From Octopus sinensis (lineage: Eukaryota), in contig NC_043009.1 of the NCBI RefSeq assembly GCF_006345805.1, positions 9,114,001 through 9,178,000 on the forward strand: a stretch of DNA of 64,000 nt, given 5' to 3'. Under the pieces are notes generated by a model. It was not told where the DNA came from, searched no databases, and saw only the letters and a program-made list of their open reading frames with translations. Every line of letters begins with the position of its first letter. Position 1 is the stretch's first letter. Of the stretch, positions 1-12,170 are shown piece by piece. Position numbers and translations under genes: made by a program.

Positions 1-1329
1 ATGGCCATTGTTGTAGACTGGTCTTTACTCTATATAATATTCTATTATTAGTCTTACGGTTAAGGCAGTGAACTGGCAGAATCTTTAACAAAATGCTTAG
101 CGATATTTTGTCTGTCTTTACATTCAGAGTTCAAATTCTGCTGTGGTTGACTTTGCCTTTCATTCTTTCTGGGTTGATGAAATAAGTACCATTTACACAC
201 TGGGGTTTAGGTAATCAATTCTACCCCCACACCCCAACAGTTTTTGGTCTTATGCATACACTAGAAAAGGTTATTTGTCTTGTGGTTCAAGCAGTAAGCT
301 GGCAGAATCATTAGCACTCCAGACAAAATGCTTAGAACCATTTCTTCCACATTTTTGTTCTGAGTTCAAATTCTGCTTAGGTTGAGTTTACCTTTCATCC
401 TTTCAGGGTCAATAAAATGAGTTCAGGTTGAACACATTTTGTAATCAACTTATGTCCCCCACCCCACCCTGCGAATTATTGGCCTGGTGCCAAAATTTGA
501 AACCATTATTAGTTTTGTGGTTTACGTTGAATATAATTGTTTGCCAGTTTTCTGTTTTCCTAGGACTTATTTATTTTGTCTATTTTCTTCTTTAATTGTC
601 GGATAGTGAATCATAGGACACCCCCACCTCTTATCCACCAATCACTACTTCCACCTCTCAACACTTGTCCTTAACCTATTATAACCAAATCCCTCTCATC
701 CATTCTCCATCTCTTACTCTCCTATACATTATTAACAGCTTCTATCTAACCATATTCTTGGATCTCATGTCCTCACTCACTTTTGCTCTCCCCATACTTT
801 GAAGGTCTCCCCAGCCATCTCATCTTCACTATTTTTACCTCTTCCCAGCCCCAATCACACCTTCCTACTCTTCTAAAATGTTAATAGCCTCATAGCTCCT
901 TTACAGTAAGATGCCTATTCTATTCTGGTTCCTTCCCTCATATTTTTAACCCCTCATCTTAAAAACCCATCTCCCTCAGAGTTTGTAGTCTTGCAAGCTG
1001 CATGGTGACCTCAGTGGTATCAGTGGCATGCAAAAGAGCACCTGATATTCATTGCAAAGTGGTTGGCATCGGGAAGGGCATCCAGTCATAGAAACCATGC
1101 CAAAGCAGACATTGGAGCGTGATGCAGTTGTTGGACCACGACCCATGCCAGCATGGAGCATGAATGATGATGATGATGATTTTGTGGCATGAAGCAACGC
1201 AGACCTTGCCGTCCATTCATGAAAACACATAATATACTGAGTCCTCAACTTGTTCCATTTGCCTAAAGGTTTGCAAGGCACCAGCAGGCCTCAAGAGGCA
1301 CATTCATATCCATATAACATAATTAATGC

Positions 1330-1391
1330 TTTATTTTACTGAACCCTCATTTGTCATTCACAACAAGAGAATCCATCATATATATATATGT

Positions 1392-1424
<33 letters not shown>

Positions 1425-1620
1425 CGTGTGTGTATTGTTGGCAATTTTTTTCCTCCGTCTTCCCTTCCTTGGATCTTTCCTTTTCCTATGTTTCTGACAA
1501 AGAGCTCTACTCGAAATGTTAAATCCTCCTTCTTTCTTTCCTTTCCTGAGCGTCCAATAACTGATTTTCCACGTCCTTGCGTTGTTGTGTTTTCTCTTTG
1601 TGTTTTCATGTTTGGATTAA
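1330..1620 (+). mobile_element. Penelope-LTR-like repeat with decayed hammerhead
   Basis: 1489-1526 reads guuu-CUGACAA-a-gag cucua cuc-GAAAUGUU-aaauc. Associated with (TA)n tracts. Confidence 0.5.
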
Positions 1621-2099
1621 ATATATATATATATACGTGTGTGTGTGTGTGTTTATGCATATGTGTATGTGTGCATTTTTGTGTCTGTTGCCATGTCTTT
1701 GTTTGTGTTGATGCCACCTGAAAAATGGTGCTCTGTGATCATGTCCCATAACTTATTAGTTCAATACTAGTATTGATCAAATAAATACCACTCTTACAAA
1801 AAGAAAATAAATACTGGGGCTGATATGATTAACTAAAGCCCTACAAGATGATGCTCCAGCTTGGCCTCCTTCTACAAACACATGACTTGTGCCAAATTTT
1901 GGAAATTACTGTTATTGATTTTTAACTGTTGTACCAGGCCACGCATTTAGTAGGGAGGACACCATCATCATTTTAATATCCACATTTCCATGTTTGCATG
2001 GGTCAGATGAAGTTTGTTGAGGCAGATTTGCTTCATGTGTTTCCTGTTGCCAACCCTCTCCTGTTTCGAAGCAAGGTAATATTTCCCCTTGGCCAGGCA

Positions 2100-2385
2100 T
2101 CATCATCATCATCATCGTTTAACATCCACTTTCCATACTAGCATGGGTTGGGACGAATGACTGAGGGCTGGTGAACCAGATGGCTGCACCAGTCTTCAAT
2201 CTTGATCTGGCAGAGTTTCTACAGCTGGATGCCCTTCCTAATGCCAACCACTCCGAGAGTGTAGTGGGTGCTTTTACGTGCCACCAGCACTGTGCCAGTC
2301 AGGTGACACTGGCAACGACCTCGCTCGAAGCTTTTACACATGCCACCGGCACAGGTGCCAGTAAGGCGATGCTGGTAACTTGCAT
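2100..2385 (-). mobile_element. RTE 3' UTR copy
   Basis: (CAT)n-cgtttaacatcc...ctacagctggatgcccttcc consensus. Confidence 0.75.
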
Positions 2386-3073
2386 GTTCTTGCAAAATAT
2401 TAGAAGTGAATGACAATGGTTGTATGACAGTGACAATAATTTTACTACTATGATGTGATATCAAGATAAGGTGACACAAACATAGACACACTCTTAATAA
2501 ACATACATAAAGGGTAAAGGCTCCCCCTCCCTCGGTCATGAATGACCCTGGGATTGCACCCAGAAAGTTACCCTCTGAGGCACATATCCAGGAAGGTTGT
2601 TTATGGAATATCAGCAGTCACCCATGCATATCAGTCTCCCCTTTCCACACCAATGATGCTACCCAAGGGAAGGGCAAAGGGGCTGATACAGCTAGGCACC
2701 AGTGACATCACAACTCATTTCTACAGCTGAGTGAACTGGAGCAATGTGAAATAAAGTTTCTTGCTCAAGAACACAACATAGAACCCAGTCTAGGAATTGA
2801 ACTCACTAACTCATTGTGAGCCCAATGCTGTAACCACTGAGCCATACACAAAATGCGTGCACACACACACATGTTTATATACTATGGAAGTCTTTTAGTT
2901 TCTGCCTACCAAATCCACTCACAAGGCTTTTTCTGGTCCAGAGCTATAGAAGAAGACACGTGCCCAAGCTGCCATGCAGTGGGACTGAACCTGTTGCCAC
3001 ATGGTTAGAAAGCAAACAGCTTCACCACACAGTTGCATCTGTGTCTATAAAGCCAATTGCTTTCTTCATTCCA

Positions 3074-3149
3074 TCACCATGTCTTAGAGGCTTCACAAAT
3101 GATGCTCTTCTTAAGAGACTTCTTCATTTCTGATAAGTCTATGGTATGA
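3074..3149 (-). CDS. Candidate terminal exon of an unidentified minus-strand gene
   Basis: Minus-strand acceptor tttttgtttcactttcatag|. Reads (x)HTIDLSEMKKSLKKSIICEASKTW* and is phase-compatible with the 14929 donor option. Product not recognised. Confidence 0.25.
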
Positions 3150-3989
3150 CTATGAAAGTGAAACAAAAACATTTGAATATTTATTTTTGCTTTTTGGTTT
3201 ACAAGTTTGAGTAGACGAGAATGTTCCATAAGAAATAGCAGTTTCTCTTGTAAAATGAAGTGTTTCAGCAATAACCAAATTTCGCATTTTGGCAAATTTT
3301 TGAACCTTTCCTAACATCTTCCTATTTGTGAATTGTTTGTTCGTCATAGTCACAGAAGTAACTTATTTTTGCTTGTATTATAATTTAGTTTCATTTTTAA
3401 AAATTCTATTATACCATTTGTATTTTATGTTTATATATACACAAACTTTTGAAAGTGAACCTGAATTAAATTCAGTTGAAAGATATATAATTAACAGTTC
3501 TTTATTGCTAATTATAACAATAAAGAACTAGCATTTCAGTTCTTCAGAGAAGAATAATTAAGCTGAAGATAGGAGTGAACTTAGAAGTGTAAATCGTCAA
3601 ATATTTGCCAGTCGTTTGAGTTAAACTCTGCTCTGCCTCCAAGAGTTATTATTTTTATAAAATTTTCGTAGCTGCAGAAGTGGCTGCATGGTTAAGAAGC
3701 TTGCTTTGCAATCACATGGCTTGGGGTTCAGTCCCACCTTGGGCAAGTGTTTTCTGCCAAAATTTGAAACCAATATTTTTCATTCTGGAGTTACAACGGT
3801 TTTGAGATTAAGGTTATGAGATTACTAATATAATGATCATGAGTTCAAACCTCGTTCCTTTATTTAACTTACTGTGCTCTTGGAGAAGTCATGCAACACC
3901 GTTTGCCTTAGTTTGCTTACTTGACATGAACAAGTTCCACTGCAATAACAAATGTATCCAGCTATAAATGCAACCGACCTAACTAAAAA

Positions 3990-4675
3990 CACATCATCAT
4001 CATCGTTTAACATCCGTTTTCCATGCTGGCATGGGTTTGACAGTTCGACGGGGGTCTGGGAAGCCAGGAGGCTGCACCAGGCTCAGTCTGATCTGGCAGT
4101 GTTTCTACAGCTGGGTGCCCTTCCTAACACCAACCACTCCATGAGTGTAGTGGGTGCTTTTTACGTGCCACCGGCACAGGTGCCAGGCGAGGCTGGCAAC
4201 AGCCACGATCGGTTGGTGCTTTTTACGTGCCACTGGCATGGAGGCCAGCCAAGGTGGCGCTGGCAACGGCCACGTTTGGATTGGGTCTTTTACATGCCAC
4301 CGGCACTGGTATCACAACTACAATTTCCATTGAATTTTGATCGATTTCAATCATGTATGTAAATATCATCATCATCATCATTTAATGTCTGTTGTCCATG
4401 CTGGCATGGGTTGGACAGTTTGACCAAGACTGGTAAGCTGGGGGTCTGCACCAGGCTCCAGTCTGATTTGGCATGGATGCCCTTCCTAACACCAACCACT
4501 CTTTTACATGCCACCAGCATGGGTACCTGTTGTGTGACACCAGTATCTGCCACAACTACGATTTCACTTGGCTTGAGGGGTCTTTCTTCTCAAGCATGAC
4601 ATATTGCCAAAGGTCTTGGCCGTTTGCCATTGCCTCCATAAGGTCCAATGCTCGAAGGGTGCTTTTTACGTGACG
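3990..4675 (-). mobile_element. Two adjacent RTE 3' UTR copies
   Basis: Copies at about 3990-4350 and 4365-4675, each starting with (CAT)n on the + strand. Confidence 0.75.
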
Positions 4676-5064
4676 GCAAAATAAATATAAAATGGAAATA
4701 AAAAGAAAAGAGAAATTGTTGAAATACTCAGATCATTTCAGGAAATATTTGAATGTCTTGGACACAGTGAACACTTTGTTATCATTTGGCTCTGAGTCAG
4801 CTCTGCTCAAAGAAACCCATGACAATGAAATTCCACTGTGATTATATCCTTTTTTCAGAATTATGTTATCCAGTGTGTTCTTTGTTTTTAGATGTAGGGT
4901 GTGATATGAGGGAGATGTTGGGTATTATTTCTAGCAGGCTATATGAACACATAAAGGTTCCTTCACTGTATCATGTGACAGTTTGTTACTGACACATTAT
5001 TTCTAACGACCAGGTTTAATTCTATTGTTGTGGTAAAGGTTGATCATATTATTAAACTTTATTA

Positions 5065-5476
5065 GGATCTTTGCGGTTTGAACGGCAGTTTTTTCTAGCG
5101 GTGTCATATGAAATTGTCACCCATAATTATGACCCTAGTATCAATCTATTGCATTTCAATCTGTTTTAGGGTGAGGGGTGGGGGAAGGGTATCTTTTTTA
5201 CTTCACAAATGTAAATAAACCCAATCTGTTTCTTAAACGAGGGACATATTCATACGGCACAGAATGTTTTTTTTACTTCAATAGAGGTCATTGATTGGTT
5301 GAAATTGCAGAAATTGAAGAAAAAAAACAACAAATATTTTACAAACTATAGAATTTTCTCAATAAAGCCAAGAGAAAAAGATGTTTTATAAACACATTCT
5401 AGCAGTATACAAAGTTTAAAATTTTTTAGTTACCTAGAAATTATGTTAAAAACTGCCGTTCAAACCGAAAAGATCC
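5065..5476. mobile_element. Merlin-like MITE (GG-terminal TIRs, 8-bp TSD)
   Basis: TIR ggatctttgcggtttgaacggcagttt. Flanks ctttatta/atttatta (one mismatch). Confidence 0.75.
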
Positions 5477-5790
5477 ATTTATTATGACAGTAAAAATTGA
5501 TGACCAATAAACTTCATTATAACAGTCAAAGGTCATCACCATCATTTTAACATCCACTTTTCCATGCTTGCATTGGTCAGATAGAGTTTATATATAGGCA
5601 GATTTTTCAACAGCTGGATACCCTTCCTGTCACCAACCCTCACCTATTTCCAAGCAAGATAATATTTCCACTTTCCCTGGCATGTTTTTTGTATAGAAGA
5701 CTGGAAATGAAATCATACTGCTTGTATGACATGACACTCGTATATATATATAAATATCACATGATGTCCAAGACAACAGACCACATACAA

Positions 5791-5822
<32 letters not shown>

Positions 5823-5846
5823 AAACACAACTACATGCAAACACTC

Positions 5847-5881
<35 letters not shown>

Positions 5882-5899
5882 CACACACACACACACACA

Positions 5900-6116
5900 C
5901 AGGGAGGTGCTGAAAAGTACCTGGCTTTGGGCAAAAGTAAATACAGGAAGATAATTTAATTATGATTTTAGTCAGCATATTTCTCTTTCAGATTCACAAA
6001 CTTATTTGCAGCAGCCCTTCAGTTTTTCTAAGCCCTGTAAAAGAACTCAGAGGGCTGAGCCTCCAGCGAGGCCTTTTGTGATACCCTTAAACCAGGAACT
6101 TTCCAGCATCCCCTTG
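5900..6116. mobile_element. mariner-type MITE (about 220 bp)
   Basis: TIRs gggaggtgctgaaaagtacctgg / ccaggaactttccagcatcccc. Second copy at 33413-33628. Confidence 0.7.
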
Positions 6117-6869
6117 TATATATGTTTATGTTTGTATATGTGTGTCTTGATATGGGGGCAATAGTTGTAAATGAGCATCACCATCATACAAGTGGTGTCA
6201 TTTATATCCAAACTCCTGTGAAACCATATCTACCTATAGGGAAATATACTCTTGTTTGGAAACAAGTAAAGGTCAGTAGAAGACAGGCATCCATCTGTTG
6301 AAAATCTGCCACAACATATATTCTGTCTGACCGATGCAAGCATAGAAAATTTGTGTTAAAATGATGATGCAAATATAAGAAAACAAAGACTTGATAAATT
6401 AAACCATAGCATATTAGTTTTTGGATTATATTGACTTTTCATGCTTCGATTTTTTTTTCTTTTCGTATTTTCATTATTGGAAGTATTGCAGTTGATTTTA
6501 ATGACTCTTTTGTTTCATTATTTTAATTACACTTTTACCTTTTTTTTTTTTATTTATTTATATTCAGTATTGCTGATGAATGTGTGCAAAAGTTTGAGCC
6601 ATCATTTAACTTTTTGAAGTTAAAATTAATTTATATAACAAAATTCCTACATTCAACGTATATCTCAAAATTACGTTGGTCAGACAACATTTTCCTGTGA
6701 TATATAACTGTTGTCCTTCTCACAAGACTGTCAAAAGTTAAGATGTTAGTTTTTAGTCCTCAGTCATTTAGACAAATTTATATGGCAAAAATTATTTAGA
6801 AAGACCAGATCTGATATATTTAAGGCTGGTTTCCCAAATTACTTTGTGGGATCTTGTTCAATACTCTTT

Positions 6870-7215
6870 CATCATCATCATCGTTTAACGTCTGTTTTCC
6901 ATGCTAGCATGGGTTGGACGGTTTAACTGGGGTCTGGGAAGCCAGGAGGCTGTGCCAGGCCCAGTCTGATCTGGCAGTGTTTCTACAGCTGGATGCCCTT
7001 CCTAATGCCAACCACTCCGAGAGTGTAGTGGGTGATTTTTATGTGCTACCTGCACAGGTGCCAGATGAGGCTGGCAACGGCCACAATCGGATGGTGCTTT
7101 TTACGTGCCACGGGCATGAAGGCCAGTCGGGGTGGCGCTGGCAATGGCCATGTTTGGACAGTTCTCTTACGTGCCACCAGCACTGGTATCTCAGCTACAA
7201 TTTCCATTGATGTTG
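6870..7215 (-). mobile_element. RTE 3' UTR copy
   Basis: Starts catcatcatcatcgtttaacgtc on the + strand. Three modules. Confidence 0.8.
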
Positions 7216-7452
7216 AATAAAATCTTTTGAAATTGTCAATAAATAACAGAACAATAATTTCTAGTATTTCGCATAATGAAATATAGAAAAAGGAAAAAAT
7301 GTGACAGTGAAAAGTCGACAGTTTTAACAAAAATATACAATACTCATTCATAGTCATAAGGCTCTAACATATGTGAGCAAAATAAGTAATGTGTGTTCCA
7401 TAATGGGAACACTCATGTAGGACTGTTTCACTTTCGGGAGATTTGAAATGTT

Positions 7453-7680
7453 TTAACCCTTTCGTTACCAACCTGGCTGAAGCTGGCTCTGGCACTGAGT
7501 ACAAATGTCTTGTTTTCATAAGTTTTGAATTAAAATCTTCCACCAAATCTTAGTTAAAATTTCTGTTCCTAACACTAGCTTAATGATAACTAAGTTATTT
7601 TACTAAATTATTTGTTATATTTAAAGTAATTGAAAGAAACACAGAACATCTCAACAGAAATATGGTAACAAAAGGGTTAA
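7453..7680. mobile_element. piggyBac-like TTAA MITE
   Basis: ttaa-ccctttcgttacc ... ggtaacaaaaggg-ttaa. Confidence 0.75.
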
Positions 7681-7979
7681 TGTTGTTAAAGTGGAAAATA
7701 TAATTGCAAATGCAAATGTATCAATAAATTTATATTTATGTACGTAGTCATAATTTGAATTGAAAACCTTGTCAGAAAGTGAAAGTGCATCTGTATTTTG
7801 TTGCATGTTCTTCGTTTTTTCTTTTCTTTATTCTCCCACATGAGAATAAGATACCATGCTCACGTCATATAAATTTGATGTTTACTTAATATTTACTAAG
7901 TATTAATTGAAACAGCTGTATATATATATTTAAATTCGATTAGAGGTGTGTATAGATATGTATATATATTAGAGTTGTG

Positions 7980-8395
7980 GGATCTTTTCGGTTTGAACGG
8001 CAGTTTTTAACATAATTTCTAGGTAGCTAAAAAATTTTAAACTTCGTATATTGGTAGAATGTGTTTATAAAACATTATTTTCTCTTGGCTTTATTGAGAA
8101 AATTCTGTAGTTTGTAACATATTTGGTCTTTAATTTCTTGCATTTCGGCAATTTCAACCAATCAATAACCGTCTATTGAGGTGAAAACATTCTGTGCCAT
8201 ATGAATATGTCCCTCTTTTAAAAAAGAGATTAGGTTTATTTACATTTGTGAAGAAAAAAGATACCTCTCCCCCCACCCCTAACCCTAACCCTAAAACAGA
8301 TTGAAATGAAATAGATCGATACTAGGGTCATAATTATGGGTGACAATTTCATATGACACCGCTAGAAAAAACTGCCGTTCAAACTGAAAAGATCC
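7980..8395. mobile_element. Merlin-like MITE
   Basis: Same TIRs, perfect 8-bp TSD gagttgtg, internal ccctaaaccctaaccctaa. Confidence 0.8.
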
Positions 8396-8657
8396 GAGTT
8401 GTGTATAGACGTGTGTATGTATAGGACATGTATATTTGTTTATCTGAATGTGGTCGCTGCCTAACAGATAGGTAGGCACAGGAGTGGTTGTGTGGTAAGT
8501 AGCTTGCTTACCAACCACATAGTTCTGGGTTCAGTCCCACTGTGTGGAACCTTGGCTAAGTGTCTTCTACTATAGCCTCAGGCCTACCAAAGCTTTGTGA
8601 GTGGATTTGGTAGATGGAAACTGAAAGAAGCCTGTTTATATATATATATATATGTAT

Positions 8658-8696
<39 letters not shown>

Positions 8697-8718
8697 AATA
8701 TAAATATATATATATATG

Positions 8719-8749
<31 letters not shown>

Positions 8750-8750
8750 A

Positions 8751-8943
8751 TAACGGGAAGGTTTACAAAAATAAACAAAAGACGAAGGCAGGTGGAGTAC
8801 AAACAAACAAATGTATTAGTATGGTGCTCAGGAATAGGAATAGAACAAGTCTTTTACATTTCGAGCATACGCTCTTCGACAGAAAGATACACAGAAAAGA
8901 AGCAAGGAGAGAAAAAAATGTGTGTAGGCGCTAATGGTCTATC

Positions 8944-8991
<48 letters not shown>

Positions 8992-9226
8992 TATATATGT
9001 GTGATATATATATATATATATGTATATATATAACGGGAAGGTTTACAAAAATAAACAAAAGACGAAGGCAGGTGGAGTACAAACAAACAAATGTATTAGT
9101 ATGGTGCTCAGGAATAGGAATAGAACAAGTCTTTTACATTTCGAGCATACGCTCTTCGACAGAAAGATACACAGAAAAGAAGCAAGGAGAGAAAAAAATG
9201 TGTGTAGGCGCTAATGGTCTATCATG
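8751..9226 (-). repeat. Tandem duplication (280-bp period) of a 196-bp Penelope-LTR-like unit with a hammerhead-like core
   Basis: 8751-8946 and 9031-9226 appear identical and are separated by (TA)/(TG) microsatellite. The minus strand at 8887-8850 reads ucuuu-CUGUCGA-a-gagc guau gcuc-GAAAUGUA-aaaga. Confidence 0.7.
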
Positions 9227-9275
<49 letters not shown>

Positions 9276-9279
<4 letters not shown>

Positions 9280-9759
9280 AAATTGCAAATCGATCAACAT
9301 CAATGGAAATTGCAGCTGTGACACCAGTGCCGGTGGTACGTAAGAGAACCATCCGAACATGGCCATTGCCAGCGCCGCCCCGACTGGACTCATGCCGGTG
9401 GCATGTAAAAAGCACCATCCGATCGTGGCTGTTGCCAGCCTCTGCTGGCCCCCGTGCCGGTGGCATGTAAATAGCACCATCCGATCGTGGCCGTTGCCAG
9501 CCTTGCCTGGCCCCCGTGCCGGTGGCACGTAAAAAGCACCATCCGCTCGTGGCCATTTGCCAGCCTCATCTGGCGCCTGTGCCAGTGGCACGTAAAAAGC
9601 ACCCACTACACTCATGGAGTGGTTGCCGTTAGGAAGGGTATCCAGCCGTAGAAACATTGCCAGATCAGACTGGGCCTGGTGCAGCCTCCTGGCTACCCAG
9701 ACCCCAGTTGAACCGTCCAACCCATGGAAAGCGGACGCTAAACGATAATGATGATGATG
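9276..9759 (+). mobile_element. RTE 3' UTR copy with five hairpin modules
   Basis: Five units of about 62 nt, each with gtgccggtggcacgtaaaaagcacc. Ends gctaaacgataatgatgatgatg. Confidence 0.85.
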
Positions 9760-10429
9760 TATGCATGTATGTGTGTATGTAACAATTTAGATTCAAATGA
9801 ATATGGCACTTAATTCAGATGCACCAGAATATGTATGTATGTATGTATGTATGTGTGTGTCTGTGTTTATACCCCCAACATCACTTGGCAACCGATGCAG
9901 GTGAGTTTATGTCCCTGTAACCTAGCAGTTCAGCAAAATAGACCAATAGAATAAGTACAAGGCTTACAAAGAATAAGTCCTGGGGCTGCAGTGAAATGAC
10001 TGAAACAAGTAAAAGAAATAATATAAAAAGAATGTACTCTACAGAAAAAAGTATTGAGTAATTCTTCAATTTAATGTAAAAATTGCTTCTATTATAACTT
10101 GACATAATAATGTGTGTGTGTGTGTGTGTGCATGCATGTGTGTTCATGCATGTATGTGTGTGTTTATCCATAATGATGTGTGAAGTGTAATTTTTTGACA
10201 GATGTATGTAGTTCTGAATTTGTGTTGTGTGTTTATGTGGAGGACATATTCTGCTGACCGTCTATACTGTTTTCTCATTCTCTCACTCTCTCTCTTATCA
10301 GTGTTCTCTCTCACATTCTTAAGTCCCCCCTCCTTTCCTTGATAGACATAACACTCATACTTTCTCTGTCACAATTGCTTCTTTCTTTTTCTTCTCTTCC
10401 TTTTTCCATTGTATTCTACATACTTTCAT

Positions 10430-10462
<33 letters not shown>

Positions 10463-10656
10463 TGTGCGTGCATCTGCACCGATGTATTGCAAGCTTGAAA
10501 GAGTTGATATCAGGGATCTGATAAACTTGATTGGACATATTTCTGACTCTTTTGTTTTCATATCAAATTTTGCAGTTAAGACTTGATGATATCCAAAACA
10601 TGAACTTATAATTTTCAGTGACATCGATACGTCAGACTCTCTTAAATTCTGATTAT

Positions 10657-10996
10657 GTTACAATAAAAATTTTCTATTTTGAAAACCTCCATGACATTAA
10701 CAATTATTTGTCTATTTCTGATTGCTGTTTAGCCCCGACTTCACTCTTGTTGAAAGGAATTAGTAATAATGGTACACCCCCTCCCACGTGATGAATGGAA
10801 TGACCTAGTCATTATAAATAAGGAGAAGTACATCAAGTTTGAGAGTACTTAGTAGGTGGTCACAGATAGTCATGTCTTTATTGGTTTTACTAAGAATACT
10901 GAAATGGGTGTTATAACTACCCAACATTTTAAGATTATAATAGTGGCAACAAGGATTTAAACAACCCATGAGAAATTAATAAACTCGACGAGGATA
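10657..10996 (+). mobile_element. Probable 5' LTR and primer-binding site of the Gypsy relic
   Basis: PBS-like tagtggcaacaaggat (10941-10956) and ctcgacgaggat (about 10985) resemble the tggcgacgaggat sites upstream of Mag-type gag. The LTR start (tgttac at about 10657) is tentative. Confidence 0.35.
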
Positions 10997-11094
10997 AAAT
11001 AATTCATATGGAGTTAATAGGAACTTGGAGAGGAGTTAATAAGCTCACAAAGTTTTTTTGTGTGAATTTTATGAAAAAAAAAAATCGTAAAATT

Positions 11095-11534
11095 ATGGAA
11101 AATTTGTTGGCTGGTTTGCTCAAGTTGCAAAAACAGCAACAACAGCAACTGAAAGAACATAGCAGCAGCAGATACAATTGCAAGAGCAACAACAACAAAT
11201 GTTGCAATTACTGAAGTCATCAGGAAAGTCAGAAAGTGTGTTCTCACCAGACTATGTTGCAAACTACGTAGCAGAGTTCGAATATGAGCCAGACGAAGGA
11301 GTTACCTTCAAGACATACTACAGAAGATATGGGCAAATCTTTGAGAATAAATGTAAAGATTGGGATGCTGAGATGAAAACGCTTAATCTTGAGAAAACAG
11401 AACATGAATGATACAGTAATTATATACTCTCAAGAAAACCTTCGGACATAAACTTTAATGACACAATAGATATACTGTGTAAAATTTTCAGTGAAAAAAG
11501 CTCATTGTTCAACACACGTTGGAAGTGTCTGAAC
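11095..11534 (+). pseudogene. Ty3/Gypsy (Mag-like) gag relic
   Basis: A Q-rich N-terminus precedes FSPDYVANYVAEFEYEPDEGVTFKTYYRRYGQIFENKCKDWD...EKTEHE*YSNYILSRKPSDINFNDTIDILCKIFSEKSSLFNTRWKCLN, which matches the Mag-type Gag pattern (F-x-YDP..G.TF..W..RY). It has a frameshift near 11160 and an internal stop. Confidence 0.75.
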
Positions 11535-11695
11535 TATTTTTGTTCTTTAGCTTCTTTTAGTTTTCATGGCTAAGTCCACATCTGTGTGCTGCCCTGTAGT
11601 GCAAATCTTTCGGAATTTTCATTTTGATCCTTTTCTGATCTGTCAGAAATAATAATTTCCATAATTTTTATGTCAGGCTTTTGATGATGTATTTG

Positions 11696-11812
11696 CTAAT
11701 AGCACATGTAGCCTCATTAATCACTAATAGCACATGTAGCCTCATTAATCACTAATAGCACATGTAGCCTCATTAATCACTAATAGCACATGTAGCCTCA
11801 TTAATCACTAAT
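11696..11812. repeat. Perfect 28-bp minisatellite, 4.2 copies
   Basis: Unit ctaatagcacatgtagcctcattaatca. Confidence 0.95.
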
Positions 11813-12061
11813 TCAGTCATTACTGATCTGGGGGTAACATGGTTTACTCAGCCATGAACCATGTTGCATGTATCATGAATTGATCTGTGATGACATGGGT
11901 CAGCGATGAATTGAAGATTCTATGTGTACCACAAAAATGCACCCAAGCAACCACCCACAGTGCTCAGCTACCCAGAATGCACTGTTTATTGTTTATGTTC
12001 ACATGACTGTGCTGTGAGGCTGTGTATTTTTTTTTATATGAAATTACAAACTTGTACCATC

Positions 12062-12170
12062 AACATGGGACCAGTGAATAAAGAAAATACAAAGGTACCT
12101 AATCCTAACAAACAATACAGATGGGCGTCTTCTTTACAGGAAAAGGTAGAGATGTTCAAGAAAATATGTG
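12062..12170 (+). pseudogene. Possible pogo/Tigger transposase N-terminal relic
   Basis: MGPVNKENTKVPNPNKQYRWASSLQEKVEMFKKI resembles the CENP-B-type start (..TLQEKVELL..). No TIRs confirmed. Confidence 0.3.

Larger units (their letters stand above)
8474..10020 (+). mobile_element. SINE family A split by insertions into its central microsatellite
   Basis: Head half 8474-8640 and tail half 9855-10020 flank the hammerhead tandem and an RTE copy. Confidence 0.6.

Noticed and set aside
3088-3215. + strand exon pair ASQMMLFLRDFFISDKSM / FE*
   Set aside because: It overlaps the better-supported minus candidate, the product is unrecognised, and it terminates immediately.
8276-8295. Interstitial telomere
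   Set aside because: Only two to three CCCTAA-like units, and they are an internal part of the Merlin-like MITE.
9326-9610. CRISPR-like repeat-spacer appearance of the gtgccggtggcac modules
   Set aside because: The spacers are homologous to each other, the array is part of an RTE 3' UTR found many times in the window, the DNA is eukaryotic, and no cas genes are present.
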